From positions 2,097 through 66,096 of the forward strand of contig JAQUYC010000008.1 in NCBI GenBank assembly GCA_028692105.1: a stretch of 64,000 nucleotides of DNA, in the 5' to 3' direction. Under the pieces are notes generated by a model. It was not told the DNA's origin and did not search any database. It saw only the letters and a list, made by a program, of their open reading frames with translations. Shown piece by piece: positions 27,337 through 36,124 of the stretch. Numbering within the stretch: position 1 is the first letter of the stretch; every line of letters begins with the position of its first letter. Origin of the DNA: Eubacteriales bacterium (GTDB lineage Bacteria > Bacillota > Clostridia > Peptostreptococcales > Anaerovoracaceae). The translations under genes were made by a program, and so were the position numbers.

Positions 27337-28407
27337 TTAAGAGGACAAGGTACGGACACTGATCTCTCCCGAATTCAGAGTATGAATGGATCCATCTTGG
27401 TAACGGACTACAAGTCCTCCTTCACTATCGACATCTAAAGCCAGCGCCTTTATTCCTTCTGATTGATTTCTGCCGTTGGTCATTCCGCCGGCAGGGATAA
27501 TCAAGACTTCTTTCCCCAATACAAATGAACGTTCTTTATATTCACGAATATAATTTCCGGATCCTAAATTTTCATTGACTAAAAATATTTGATTGATCAC
27601 TTCCGCAGTTAGACGATTTCGGGTAACGGCATTATTAACGGTAACACCTCCGACATACGGACGATCATCATCGTGGTCATCAGCGGATTCTACCGGCCTG
27701 TTGCCAAAAAGAGAACCGGCGGTTTCTCTTAGTTCTTCGGGAAAATCAGAAGCAGCGGTACTGTAGTTAATTCCGATTCCAAGTACAATATGTTCAATCT
27801 GACCGCTTTCAAAATCTGAAACTGCTTCGGTAAGAATGCCGCAGATCTTTTTCCCCTCTAAGTATATATCGTTGACCCATTTGATCCTGCATGAAATTCC
27901 TGCCACTTTCTCAATAGCTTTACAGACGGCCACTGCTGCGGCGGTAGTGATCAATACTGATTTTGTCATGTCAAAACGAGGTTCAAGAATAAAACTCATA
28001 TAAATTCCACTCATTGAAGGAGAATAAAAATTCCTGCCCATCCGCCCCCTGCCTTTTGTTTGCTCTTCTGCAATCACAACGGTTCCGTATGGGGCACCTT
28101 CAAGTGCCATCTTTTTACAGGTGAGATTGGTGGATTCGACTGATTTGAATACGTGGATCCGATTAGCCATATCGTTTTCTGATACATGAAGTAGAATCCC
28201 CTCCCGGGAAAGAACATCACTGTCAGGTGCAAGGCAGTAGCCTTTGTTAGTGACGGCATTGATGCAATGGCCGTCCTTTCGAAGCTCCTGTATTGCTTTC
28301 CATACGGCAGCTCTCGATATTCCAAGACTGGTTGCAAGGTCTTCCCCCGAAACCGTTATACCCCTGTTCTCCTCCAAGGCTTTTAATAAACTGCCTTTAG
28401 TCGACAT
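27337..28407 (-). CDS. birA: Bifunctional biotin-[acetyl-CoA-carboxylase] ligase / biotin operon repressor
   Basis: N-terminal wHTH (ISGEDLATSLGISRAAVWKAIQELR). Biotin-binding loop KGRGRMGRNF. KWVNDI motif. Confidence 0.9.
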   Translation of the reverse strand: MSTKGSLLKALEENRGITVSGEDLATSLGISRAAVWKAIQELRKDGHCINAVTNKGYCLAPDSDVLSREGILLHVSENDMANRIHVFKSVESTNLTCKKMALEGAPYGTVVIAEEQTKGRGRMGRNFYSPSMSGIYMSFILEPRFDMTKSVLITTAAAVAVCKAIEKVAGISCRIKWVNDIYLEGKKICGILTEAVSDFESGQIEHIVLGIGINYSTAASDFPEELRETAGSLFGNRPVESADDHDDDRPYVGGVTVNNAVTRNRLTAEVINQIFLVNENLGSGNYIREYKERSFVLGKEVLIIPAGGMTNGRNQSEGIKALALDVDSEGGLVVRYQDGSIHTLNSGEISVRTLSS

Positions 28408-28616
28408 AGATCATACCCTCCCGTCTAAGACGATTATAGATTGAGGTTTTCAATCAAGTCAACACATATTGAATTTTCCTTATACTATCTCGCCCAATTT
28501 ACAAAGCAGATTTGCTTGTATTCCCAGTTTTCCTATTATATTATATGAGTATATATAAATATAATAATTCTATAATTATTGACTAAAATAATTAATATTA
28601 GCGGCGGTGATAAATA

Positions 28617-29051
28617 ATGAAAATTTCTACCAAAGGGCGCTATGCTCTTCGTCTCATGCTTGATCTGGCGGTCAACTATACCGGCGAATATATCTCAATC
28701 AGAAGCATTGCAGCTCGGCAGGAGATATCTGAAAAGTATCTGGAACAGATTATAACCCATCTGAATCGAGCCGGATATGTTAAGAGTGTGAGAGGCGCTC
28801 AGGGGGGCTACATGCTCTCGCGGGACCCATCTGAGTATACCGTGGGTATGATACTGCGTCTGCTTGAAGGAAGCCTTGCACCTGTTAGCTGCCTCGATGA
28901 AGAAGAAAGCTGTGATAGAGTATCCGGCTGTGTAACAATGGAGGTCTGGGAGAAAATACAAAAGGCGGTTGAGGACGTTGTTGACAACATAACGCTGGCA
29001 GATATGGTTACGCGTTATCAGGAGAAAACAGAACCAATCTACATCATATGA
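28617..29051 (+). CDS. Rrf2 family transcriptional regulator (CymR/IscR-like)
   Basis: MKISTKGRYALRLMLDLA N-terminus. wHTH ISIRSIAARQEISEKYLEQII. Cys residues in CLDEEESCDRVSGC. Confidence 0.88.
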   Translation: MKISTKGRYALRLMLDLAVNYTGEYISIRSIAARQEISEKYLEQIITHLNRAGYVKSVRGAQGGYMLSRDPSEYTVGMILRLLEGSLAPVSCLDEEESCDRVSGCVTMEVWEKIQKAVEDVVDNITLADMVTRYQEKTEPIYII

Positions 29052-29058
29052 TCTTATC

Positions 29059-29319
29059 GTGGACAATACCTTTATTAAAGCAAGAGTTACACTTCTCAGA
29101 GATACGGGAGCCGCACTCAGCCCATTTAATTCATTCTTGTTCCTGCAAGGCCTGGAGACGCTGAAGTCTCTGGTGATTCATCCTGCGAGTACGACTCATT
29201 CCCAGATGGCGGAAAGTGAGCTTCTCGATGCAAGAATCAAACCAAACTCTATCCGGCTATCCATTGGAACTGAACATATAGACGATTTGATCGAAGATCT
29301 GACGCAGGCGTTCCAATAG
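29059..29319 (+). pseudogene. Remnant of O-acetylhomoserine/O-acetylserine sulfhydrylase (PLP Cys/Met metabolism family)
   Basis: The translation joins LRDTGAALSPFNSFLFLQGLETL directly to KSLVIHPASTTHSQM...IRLSIGTEHIDDLIEDL. These are two conserved C-terminal blocks of MetY-type enzymes, with the segment normally separating them missing. The whole N-terminal PLP-binding part is also absent. Confidence 0.75.
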
Positions 29320-29347
29320 TAAATATGCTGTTCGATGTGTGATTTCC

Positions 29348-29376
29348 TTGACTTTTAGCTATCCCCAGTCTAAAAT
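29348..29376 (+). promoter_or_regulatory. Candidate sigma-A promoter of metNIQ
   Basis: TTGACT - 17 nt - TAAAAT. Confidence 0.55.
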
Positions 29377-29459
29377 ATTGAGTATTGATAAGGACAAGTT
29401 ATACTTGACGGGCATATTCTGTATGAATCCGGACAAGAGAGGAGCAAAAACGCAGTACT

Positions 29460-30206
29460 ATGATCGAAATTATAAACCTATCGAAGTTTTTCAGTACGGA
29501 AAGCGGAGAATTCATAGCAATAAATGATATCAATCTGACTATTGAAGACGGGGATATATATGGAATTATCGGCATGAGCGGTGCCGGGAAGAGTACCTTG
29601 ATAAGATGTATAAACTTACTTGAAAAACCAAGTGAAGGTAAGATCCTGATCGATGGAAACGATATCACGGCTTTAGAAGGCAAAGGCTTATTAGAACTAA
29701 GGCGAAAAATCGGTATGGTATTCCAGAAATTCAATTTACTTATGCAGCGAACGATTCGGGATAATGTTGCTTTTCCTCTGGAGATTGCAGGTGTCGATAA
29801 GAAACAACGATTGGAACGAGTTGATGAACTGCTGGAGATTGTTGGATTGAGCTCAAAAGCCGGAGCTTACCCGGTGCAGCTTTCCGGCGGGCAGCAGCAG
29901 CGTGTTTCAATTGCAAGGGCTTTAGCAAATAACCCCGCATTACTTTTATGTGATGAACCAACATCTGCATTGGACAGCTTAACCACCAATTCAATCTTGA
30001 AACTGTTGAAGGACATCAATCAAAAACTTGGCGTTACCATCATCATCATAACTCATGAAATTTCGGTGGTAGAGAAAATCTGCAATAAGGTTGCCATTAT
30101 TGATGAATCAAGGATAATAGAAAAAGGATTTGTAAAGGATGTTTTTTTAAATCCTCAACAGGAGATGACAAAGAAACTGTTGGAAAGGGGTGAGCTGATT
30201 GAGTGA
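29460..30206 (+). CDS. metN: Methionine-type ABC transporter ATP-binding protein (no C-terminal NIL/C2 domain)
   Basis: Walker A GMSGAGKST, signature LSGGQQQR, Walker B LLLCDEPTSALD. Gene context with metI and metQ. The protein ends shortly after the ABC core (248 aa). Confidence 0.88.
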   Translation: MIEIINLSKFFSTESGEFIAINDINLTIEDGDIYGIIGMSGAGKSTLIRCINLLEKPSEGKILIDGNDITALEGKGLLELRRKIGMVFQKFNLLMQRTIRDNVAFPLEIAGVDKKQRLERVDELLEIVGLSSKAGAYPVQLSGGQQQRVSIARALANNPALLLCDEPTSALDSLTTNSILKLLKDINQKLGVTIIIITHEISVVEKICNKVAIIDESRIIEKGFVKDVFLNPQQEMTKKLLERGELIE

Positions 30207-30870
30207 ATTTTTTGCACAATACGGAAATTTGCTGATCGATAACACATGGATAACTATCTATCAGACTACCCTGTCCACATTGTTTGCATATATTTTTGGG
30301 ATTCCTCTGGGAGTACTGCTGGTGATCAGCCAACCTCATGGTATATGGCCTCATAGGTATTTGAATACGGGCTTGGGATGGGTCGTCAATATAGGCCGTT
30401 CCATACCTTTCATTATATTGCTGGTGGCGTTGATGCCATTTACAAGATTTGTAATGGGAATCGCAATCGGTCCAAAAGCTGTAATACTGCCGCTGGTCAT
30501 AGCAGCCACGCCTTTCGTTGCAAGAATGGTCGAAACGGCTTTAATGGAGGTTGATGCGGGTGTGATAGAGGTCGCACAATCCACGGGTGCCAACATAAGA
30601 CAAATCGTCTGGAAGGTCATATTGCCTGAAGGGCTTCCATCCATCGTACTTGGCTCATCCATAACATTTATAACCTTATTCGGCTATGCCGCAATGGCTG
30701 GCGCTATAGGTGCAGGTGGTCTGGGAGATGTAGCGGTACGTTATGGTTTCTATAAATATCAGACAGATGTTATGATAGCAACAATCATTATTTTGATCAT
30801 CCTGGTGCAGATCATACAGGTCCTTGGAAACGGGATATCAAGAAAAATAGATAAGAGATTAAAAAAATAA
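30199..30870 (+). CDS. metI: Methionine ABC transporter permease
   Basis: Five-TM MetI-type permease. TTG start overlaps the metN stop, after AAAGGGG. Confidence 0.88.
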   Translation: MSEFFAQYGNLLIDNTWITIYQTTLSTLFAYIFGIPLGVLLVISQPHGIWPHRYLNTGLGWVVNIGRSIPFIILLVALMPFTRFVMGIAIGPKAVILPLVIAATPFVARMVETALMEVDAGVIEVAQSTGANIRQIVWKVILPEGLPSIVLGSSITFITLFGYAAMAGAIGAGGLGDVAVRYGFYKYQTDVMIATIIILIILVQIIQVLGNGISRKIDKRLKK

Positions 30871-30889
30871 AATGGGAGGAAAAATATCA

Positions 30890-31717
30890 ATGAAAAAGAA
30901 ATTAGCACTTATATTAATTCTTGCTGTGGCAGTTTTTGCATTTGCAGCATGCGGGGGCAACGGAGATACAGAACAGGGAGATACTGATGCTGTAGTATTG
31001 AAGATTGGTGCATCTACAGTACCTCATGCAGAAATCCTCGAATTTGTTAAACCGATGCTGGCGGAAGAGGGGATCGATCTTCAGATTATAGAATATACAG
31101 ATTATGTGATCCCAAATACAGCAGTGGATAGCCATGAGTTGGATGCAAACTATTTTCAGCATCTGCCATATTTAATCAGCTTTAACGAAAGCAATGGCAC
31201 TAATCTTGTGTCTGCAGTTGCTGTGCACTATGAGCCAATGGGAATCTTTGCAGGAAAGACAGCAACACTTGAAGAGTTAGCAGCTGGTGCGACTATTGCG
31301 GTTCCGAATGATCCGACAAATGAAGCAAGAGCGCTTTTACTGCTCGAACAGGAAGGATTGATCAAGATTAAGGATGGAGTTGGTTTGGAAGCGACACCGA
31401 ACGATATCGTTGATAACCCAATGAACATAAAGTTCTTTGAGGCAGAGGCAGCAGCAGTAGCACGCGCAGTTCAGGATGTGGACTTCGCTATCATCAATGG
31501 AAATTATGCACTTGAGGCAGGATTCAAAGTCTCCGACGCTTTGGCAGTAGAGAGCGCAGAATCAGAAGCAGCAAAGACTTTTGCAAATATCGTTGCCGTA
31601 TACGAAGGTGATGAGGAGAAACCGGAAATACAAGCACTTGTGAACGCTCTTACATCAGATGAAACTAAAGCATTTATTGAAGAAAACTATCAAGGTGCTG
31701 TAGTACCTGTTTTCTAA
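30890..31717 (+). CDS. metQ: Methionine-binding lipoprotein (NlpA/MetQ family)
   Basis: Lipoprotein signal MKKKLALILILAVAVFAFAAC. NYFQH motif of the MetQ family. The start at 30890 follows GGGAGG. Confidence 0.88.
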   Translation: MKKKLALILILAVAVFAFAACGGNGDTEQGDTDAVVLKIGASTVPHAEILEFVKPMLAEEGIDLQIIEYTDYVIPNTAVDSHELDANYFQHLPYLISFNESNGTNLVSAVAVHYEPMGIFAGKTATLEELAAGATIAVPNDPTNEARALLLLEQEGLIKIKDGVGLEATPNDIVDNPMNIKFFEAEAAAVARAVQDVDFAIINGNYALEAGFKVSDALAVESAESEAAKTFANIVAVYEGDEEKPEIQALVNALTSDETKAFIEENYQGAVVPVF

Positions 31718-31771
31718 GATATCAGACAACAGACGATTACGATTTACAAATCTTAAGAGAATATCCAATCG

Positions 31772-31800
31772 CAGCATGGCGCAAGCCATGCTGTTTTTGT
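31772..31800 (+). terminator. Rho-independent terminator after metQ
   Basis: CAGCATGGC-GCAA-GCCATGCTG followed by TTTTTGTTTT. Confidence 0.75.
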
Positions 31801-31850
31801 TTTATGGGCTAATAATCCCGCTGAGACTTTGAATCACAAGAAATTATTGA

Positions 31851-31879
31851 TTGACACCTTACAAAATTGGTCATATACT
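31851..31879 (+). promoter_or_regulatory. Near-consensus sigma-A promoter
   Basis: TTGACA - 17 nt - TATACT, 74 nt upstream of the 31953 start. Confidence 0.6.
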
Positions 31880-31952
31880 GTTTTAGTAGCTTAGTAAATT
31901 AGTAATTAAAAACATGAATGCAAAGTTGATAAAAGTATCGGGGGCGTAAATT

Positions 31953-32432
31953 ATGAAAATACCAACAACACTAAAGCATAAGCCGGTCGTTGTAGCCGAA
32001 GGCTATGGAAATATCGATGGACGATATGCATACAAAACTGATGTCCAGGGACTTTCTCTCGGGCTTGCCCAATGGAATGACAGGGGGAAAATGGATATTT
32101 CTGCTAAGGTCTGGAGGTATACGGGGGAAAAATGGTCAAGACAGTCTGAGGAAATGCCTCTTCACCGTGTGCTGGATCTTGCTATTTTTCTGTGTGAGGC
32201 GGAAAAATATTTCAGAGAGGCTTATCGATATGAAAAGCTGTATGATCCGGAAAATCCGGTGATAAGTCGAGTTGGCTTGCAGGGTGACGCTATGACAGTT
32301 AAGGTTTGTACAGAAAACGACATGATAGATGAGGATATTAAGACGGTAAGACAGGTGCTGGCAAATGACAGCGAATTGCTGGGCGAGCGGTTCAGTACAC
32401 TGTCACGGCTTCTTAAAGAATTGGGATATTAA
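31953..32432 (+). CDS. Hypothetical soluble protein, 159 aa (possibly a conserved Bacillota DUF; family name not verifiable here)
   Basis: ORF with SD GGGGGCG and its own promoter. No TM segment or signal peptide. No motif I can assign (MKIPTTLKHKPVVVAEGYGNIDGRYAYKTD...WSRQSEEMPLHRVLDLAIFLCEAEKYF...). Confidence 0.65.
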   Translation: MKIPTTLKHKPVVVAEGYGNIDGRYAYKTDVQGLSLGLAQWNDRGKMDISAKVWRYTGEKWSRQSEEMPLHRVLDLAIFLCEAEKYFREAYRYEKLYDPENPVISRVGLQGDAMTVKVCTENDMIDEDIKTVRQVLANDSELLGERFSTLSRLLKELGY

Positions 32433-32515
32433 TAAACATCCCCAAACGACATAAACAGTCTGTCTCACAAAATATGAAAGAAACCGAACTTGATCGAAAT
32501 AAAAGGGGAATAAGG

Positions 32516-32866
32516 ATGGTAATTGATAAAGAAAGAAAAAAAGAAATCTTAAGTGAATATAAACAAAGAAAAACAACCGGCGGAGTATACAAAATCACTA
32601 ATACCGCAAACGGCAAATATATGCTGAAGGCAGAGGTGGATCTGCAATCCTTTCAGAACCGCTTTAACTTTTCTATGAGAATAAATTCTTGCCTGCACCC
32701 AATAATGCAGAAAGACTATAATGAATTTGGAGCGGGTGTGTTCGTTCTGGAATTTCTGGAAGAAGTAGAGAAGAAGGATAACGAAAGCAATTCGGGCTTT
32801 CGTGACAGACTTAAAAGACTGGAAGAAGTATGGGCAGAGAAATTTGACCGCGAGCAATCATACTAG
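32516..32866 (+). CDS. Small GIY-YIG nuclease family protein (~116 aa)
   Basis: GIY-YIG-like core GGVYKITNTANGKYMLKAE, then NRF (conserved Arg) and the acidic LEFLEEVEKK segment. The start at 32516 follows AAAGGGGAATAAGG. The ORF track begins at 32474. Confidence 0.65.
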   Translation: MVIDKERKKEILSEYKQRKTTGGVYKITNTANGKYMLKAEVDLQSFQNRFNFSMRINSCLHPIMQKDYNEFGAGVFVLEFLEEVEKKDNESNSGFRDRLKRLEEVWAEKFDREQSY

Positions 32867-32871
32867 TGAGA

Positions 32872-32914
32872 TATTGGGTACGTTCCTTGCTGCCATTTAT
32901 GGAACGTCCCCCAA
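32872..32914 (+). terminator. Terminator-like hairpin after the GIY-YIG gene
   Basis: ATTGGGTACGTTCC - 14 nt - GGAACGTCCCCCAAT, an imperfect stem with a poor U-tract. Confidence 0.4.
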
Positions 32915-33035
32915 TGTCACATCTTTTAATTATCAGATTATTGTGGTATACTAATACGATAATTTAGCCGCCGGTTCATGGGGCCAAAATCTGCGATCAT
33001 TTATTTTAACCGGAGCACGAAAGGATGAAATTACT

Positions 33036-34952
33036 ATGACAAAGAAAACCTATTACATTTCAACACCGATCTATTATCCAAGCTCTAATCTGCATATCGG
33101 GCATACTTATTGCACCGTAATGGCAGATGCCATGGCACGCTTTAAGAGGATGACGGGTTACGATGTAATGTTTTTAACCGGCACAGACGAGCATGGACAG
33201 AAAATTCAAAAGGTGGCTGATGAAAAGGGTGTTACTCCGCAGCAGCATGTAGACGAAATTGTAGAGGGAATCAAAGAGCTATGGAAAACCATGGAGATCT
33301 CTTATGATGACTTTATCCGAACGACAGAACCTCGGCATATTAAGAGGGTTCAGAATATATTTATGAAGATGTATGAAAAGGGTGATATTTACAAGGGAGA
33401 ATATGAAGGCTGGTATTGTACCCCTTGTGAAGCATTCTGGACAGAAACGCAGATAGTCGACAGCAAATGCCCTGATTGTGGAAGACCGGTAGAAAAGGCT
33501 AAGGAATCTGCTTATTTTTTTAAACTCTCAAAATATCAGGACAGACTCATTGATTTATTCGAGAACAATCCTGATTTCTTACAACCTGAAACGAGAAGAA
33601 ATGAAATGCTGAGTTTTGCACGACAGGGCTTGGAAGATCTATGCATTTCAAGATCATCCTTTGATTGGGGTATTCCAGTGCCCATTGACGAAAAACATGT
33701 CATTTATGTATGGCTCGATGCCCTTTCAAACTATATAACTGCCTTGGGATATCCTGACGAGCCTGAAAAATATAATAAATACTGGCCTGCCGATGTGCAT
33801 CTGGTCGGGAAGGAGATCGTGCGCTTCCATTCCATCATCTGGCCCGCAATGCTCATGTCCATTGATGTTCCGCTGCCGAAAAAGGTGCTTGGTCATGGCT
33901 GGATCTTGCTTGAAGGCGGAAAGATGTCCAAATCAAGAGGCAATATCGTTGATCCGGTAAAGCTGATTGAAAGATACGGCGTAGATGCATTGAAGTATTT
34001 TTTGCTTAGAGAATATACATTCGGACAAGACGGGCTTTTTACTAACGAAGTGATGCTGAACAGAATGAATTATGATCTTGCCAATGATCTTGGAAACCTT
34101 GTAAGCAGAACTGTTGCCATGATAGAAAAATACAACGGAGGAACATTGCCGCAGGCAAAGACTGCCGGAGAGTTCGATGAAGATTTAAAGAGTGTTGCTT
34201 TAGGAGCAGCTGCAAAAGTGGAAGCTTTTATGGACAAATTCAGCTTCAGTCAGGCGCTGGAAGAAATATGGATCGTAATCAGAAGGACAAACAAATACAT
34301 CGACGAAACAATGCCTTGGACGCTGGCTAAGGATGCAGCCTCAAAGGACCGTCTTGACACTGTCCTGCATAATCTTGCAGAAGCAATACGAATCGTTTCG
34401 GTACTGATATATCCATTTATGCATACGACCTCTAAGGAAATAAGGAAACAACTTGGAATCTGGTACGCCGATGCAGTCTGGGAAGATGCATCTACATTTG
34501 AAATGATGGGTGGAGAAAAGGTCAAAAAGGGAGAAGCTATTTTCCCGAGACTTGATGTTGAAAAAGAACTGGAAGCGTTGGAAGCCTTAAAGGGAGAACA
34601 GGACGAACCGGAGGCAGCACCGACAGTATTCAAGCCTGAAATTACTATAGATGATTTTGAAAAGATTGATCTGAAGGTGGGCGAGATACTGGAATGTAAA
34701 AAGCATCCTAAGGCCGATAAGCTGCTTGTTTCCAGGGTTAAAATCGGAACCGATACAAGGCAGATAGTTTCAGGTGTTGCAAAATTTTATTCTCCTGAAG
34801 AAATGGTCGGTAAGAAAGTGATAGTTGTTGCTAATCTTAAGCCGATCAATCTCCGTGGAGAGGAATCCAAAGGGATGATCCTGTTCGCAGATAATGGAGA
34901 GAAGCTTGCTTTCGTAACCACAGACGCAGAAGAAGGAAACGACGTGAAGTAA
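33036..34952 (+). CDS. metG: Methionyl-tRNA synthetase with C-terminal tRNA-binding domain
   Basis: HIGH (NLHIGHTY), KMSKS and zinc knuckles CTPCE...CPDCG. C-terminal EMAP/Trbp111-like domain ([21 protein letters not shown]). Confidence 0.95.
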   Translation: MTKKTYYISTPIYYPSSNLHIGHTYCTVMADAMARFKRMTGYDVMFLTGTDEHGQKIQKVADEKGVTPQQHVDEIVEGIKELWKTMEISYDDFIRTTEPRHIKRVQNIFMKMYEKGDIYKGEYEGWYCTPCEAFWTETQIVDSKCPDCGRPVEKAKESAYFFKLSKYQDRLIDLFENNPDFLQPETRRNEMLSFARQGLEDLCISRSSFDWGIPVPIDEKHVIYVWLDALSNYITALGYPDEPEKYNKYWPADVHLVGKEIVRFHSIIWPAMLMSIDVPLPKKVLGHGWILLEGGKMSKSRGNIVDPVKLIERYGVDALKYFLLREYTFGQDGLFTNEVMLNRMNYDLANDLGNLVSRTVAMIEKYNGGTLPQAKTAGEFDEDLKSVALGAAAKVEAFMDKFSFSQALEEIWIVIRRTNKYIDETMPWTLAKDAASKDRLDTVLHNLAEAIRIVSVLIYPFMHTTSKEIRKQLGIWYADAVWEDASTFEMMGGEKVKKGEAIFPRLDVEKELEALEALKGEQDEPEAAPTVFKPEITIDDFEKIDLKVGEILECKKHPKADKLLVSRVKIGTDTRQIVSGVAKFYSPEEMVGKKVIVVANLKPINLRGEESKGMILFADNGEKLAFVTTDAEEGNDVK

Positions 34953-34963
34953 ATTATAATTCG

Positions 34964-35084
34964 CCTGTCGGATGTATTTACAAATAAGGCACCTGCCGGA
35001 TGTATTCCCTATGGAACACGGTCGCTTACTGATAACTTAAAGCTCCAACGGTTCCTGCGGAAATACATCGTCGCGGTGCCTTTT
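34964..35084 (+). other. Repeat-containing extended stem-loop between metG and tatD (probable terminator/attenuator)
   Basis: Direct repeats CCTGTCGGATGTATT and CCTGCCGGATGTATT. One inverted copy (GGAAATACATCG). Closing helix AAGGCACC...GGTGCCTT followed by TTTT. Confidence 0.5.
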
Positions 35085-35138
35085 ATACAATGGCACCCGC
35101 CACGGCGCTTACACATTCAAAAATAGGAAGGAACGAAA

Positions 35139-35933
35139 ATGCTCTTTGATTCTCATGCACATTTGAATAGTGAACGATACGATGATGACAGGGAAACGGT
35201 CATCAAGGCAATAGAAAAATCCGATGTAAAATACGTCATGGATATTGGATATGATTTGGAAAGTTCTGTTATGGCGGTAGAGCATGCTAAAAAATATCCC
35301 TGGTGCTATGCAGCTGTCGGCTGTCATCCTCATGACACAAAAACGATGGATGAGATGACTCTTGTTATGTTTCGAGGGTTGGCGAAAAAGCCTAAGGTCA
35401 GAGCTATCGGTGAAATTGGCTTGGATTATTACTATAATCATTCGGAAAAAGACGTTCAGCAGTATTGGTTCCGCCGGCAGATACAGCTTGCCATGGAACT
35501 GGAGATGCCGATCGTCATACATGACAGAGATGCCAATGATGATGTGATGAGGATATTAAAGCAAGAAGGAGCCTTCAGCAGATCAAGAATCGATAAGTTA
35601 GGAGATGCAAAAGTTCTTCTGCACTGTTTTTCAGGGAGTAAGGAACTTGCACAGCAGTATATAAAACTTGGTGCTACGATTTCTATCGCCGGTCCGCTTA
35701 CTTATAAGAATGCTAAAAAGAGCATCGAAGTGGTTAAAGCGATTCCTGTCGAACATTTGCTCATTGAAACCGACTCTCCCTATTTGACACCTGAACCGCT
35801 CCGCGGCAAGCGAAATCAGCCGAATTATGTGCAATATACTGCCAAAAAAATTGCAGAGATTCTGGATAAACAATATGAAGAAGTGGCCGAAATAACCTGT
35901 AATAATGCAAAAAAATTCTTTGCTATAGATTAA
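35139..35933 (+). CDS. tatD: TatD family metal-dependent hydrolase (YabD-like)
   Basis: MLFDSHAHL, GEIGLDYY, IHDRDA, HCFSG and ETDSPYL. Confidence 0.9.
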   Translation: MLFDSHAHLNSERYDDDRETVIKAIEKSDVKYVMDIGYDLESSVMAVEHAKKYPWCYAAVGCHPHDTKTMDEMTLVMFRGLAKKPKVRAIGEIGLDYYYNHSEKDVQQYWFRRQIQLAMELEMPIVIHDRDANDDVMRILKQEGAFSRSRIDKLGDAKVLLHCFSGSKELAQQYIKLGATISIAGPLTYKNAKKSIEVVKAIPVEHLLIETDSPYLTPEPLRGKRNQPNYVQYTAKKIAEILDKQYEEVAEITCNNAKKFFAID

Positions 35934-35989
35934 TTTGAAGTTTCTATGAAGGACTTCCCCCGATTTTAACTAAAAAGCGACAAAACATG

Positions 35990-36020
35990 CTCCCGTTTAT
36001 AAAGAATGGGAGATTTTTTT
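35990..36020 (+). terminator. Weak terminator-like hairpin after tatD
   Basis: CTCCC - 13 nt - GGGAG followed by ATTTTTTT. Confidence 0.4.
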
Positions 36021-36124
36021 GCAGAAAATCCATATTATTTGACTAAAATTTTTGCTTTTTCGCTACAAGTTATTACAAAGTACCCCAACTAAACGAATTA
36101 TACTGAGAAAAAGGGGTGATTGTG

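Noticed and set aside
29339-29527. 62-aa ORF overlapping the metN start.
   Set aside because: It spans the metNIQ promoter-like element and leader and runs out of frame into metN. It has no SD.
32005-32262. 85-aa ORF nested in another frame of the 159-aa hypothetical gene.
   Set aside because: The longer frame has the SD and a promoter at the right distance. The nested frame has neither.
32867-33035. Possible T-box or S-box leader upstream of metG. I also looked upstream of lysS, asnS, proS, hisZG and metN.
   Set aside because: I looked for the T-box core (AANNNGGGTGGTACCGCG-like) and the S-box conserved helices and found neither. The leaders are short (60-170 nt) and AT-rich. A covariance-model scan would be needed to be certain.
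35934-36124. Spo0A boxes in the spoIIE promoter region.
   Set aside because: Only weak partial matches to TGTCGAA or its complement are present (for example TTCGCTA and AAACGAA near a TATACT). This is not enough to call a regulatory site from sequence alone.
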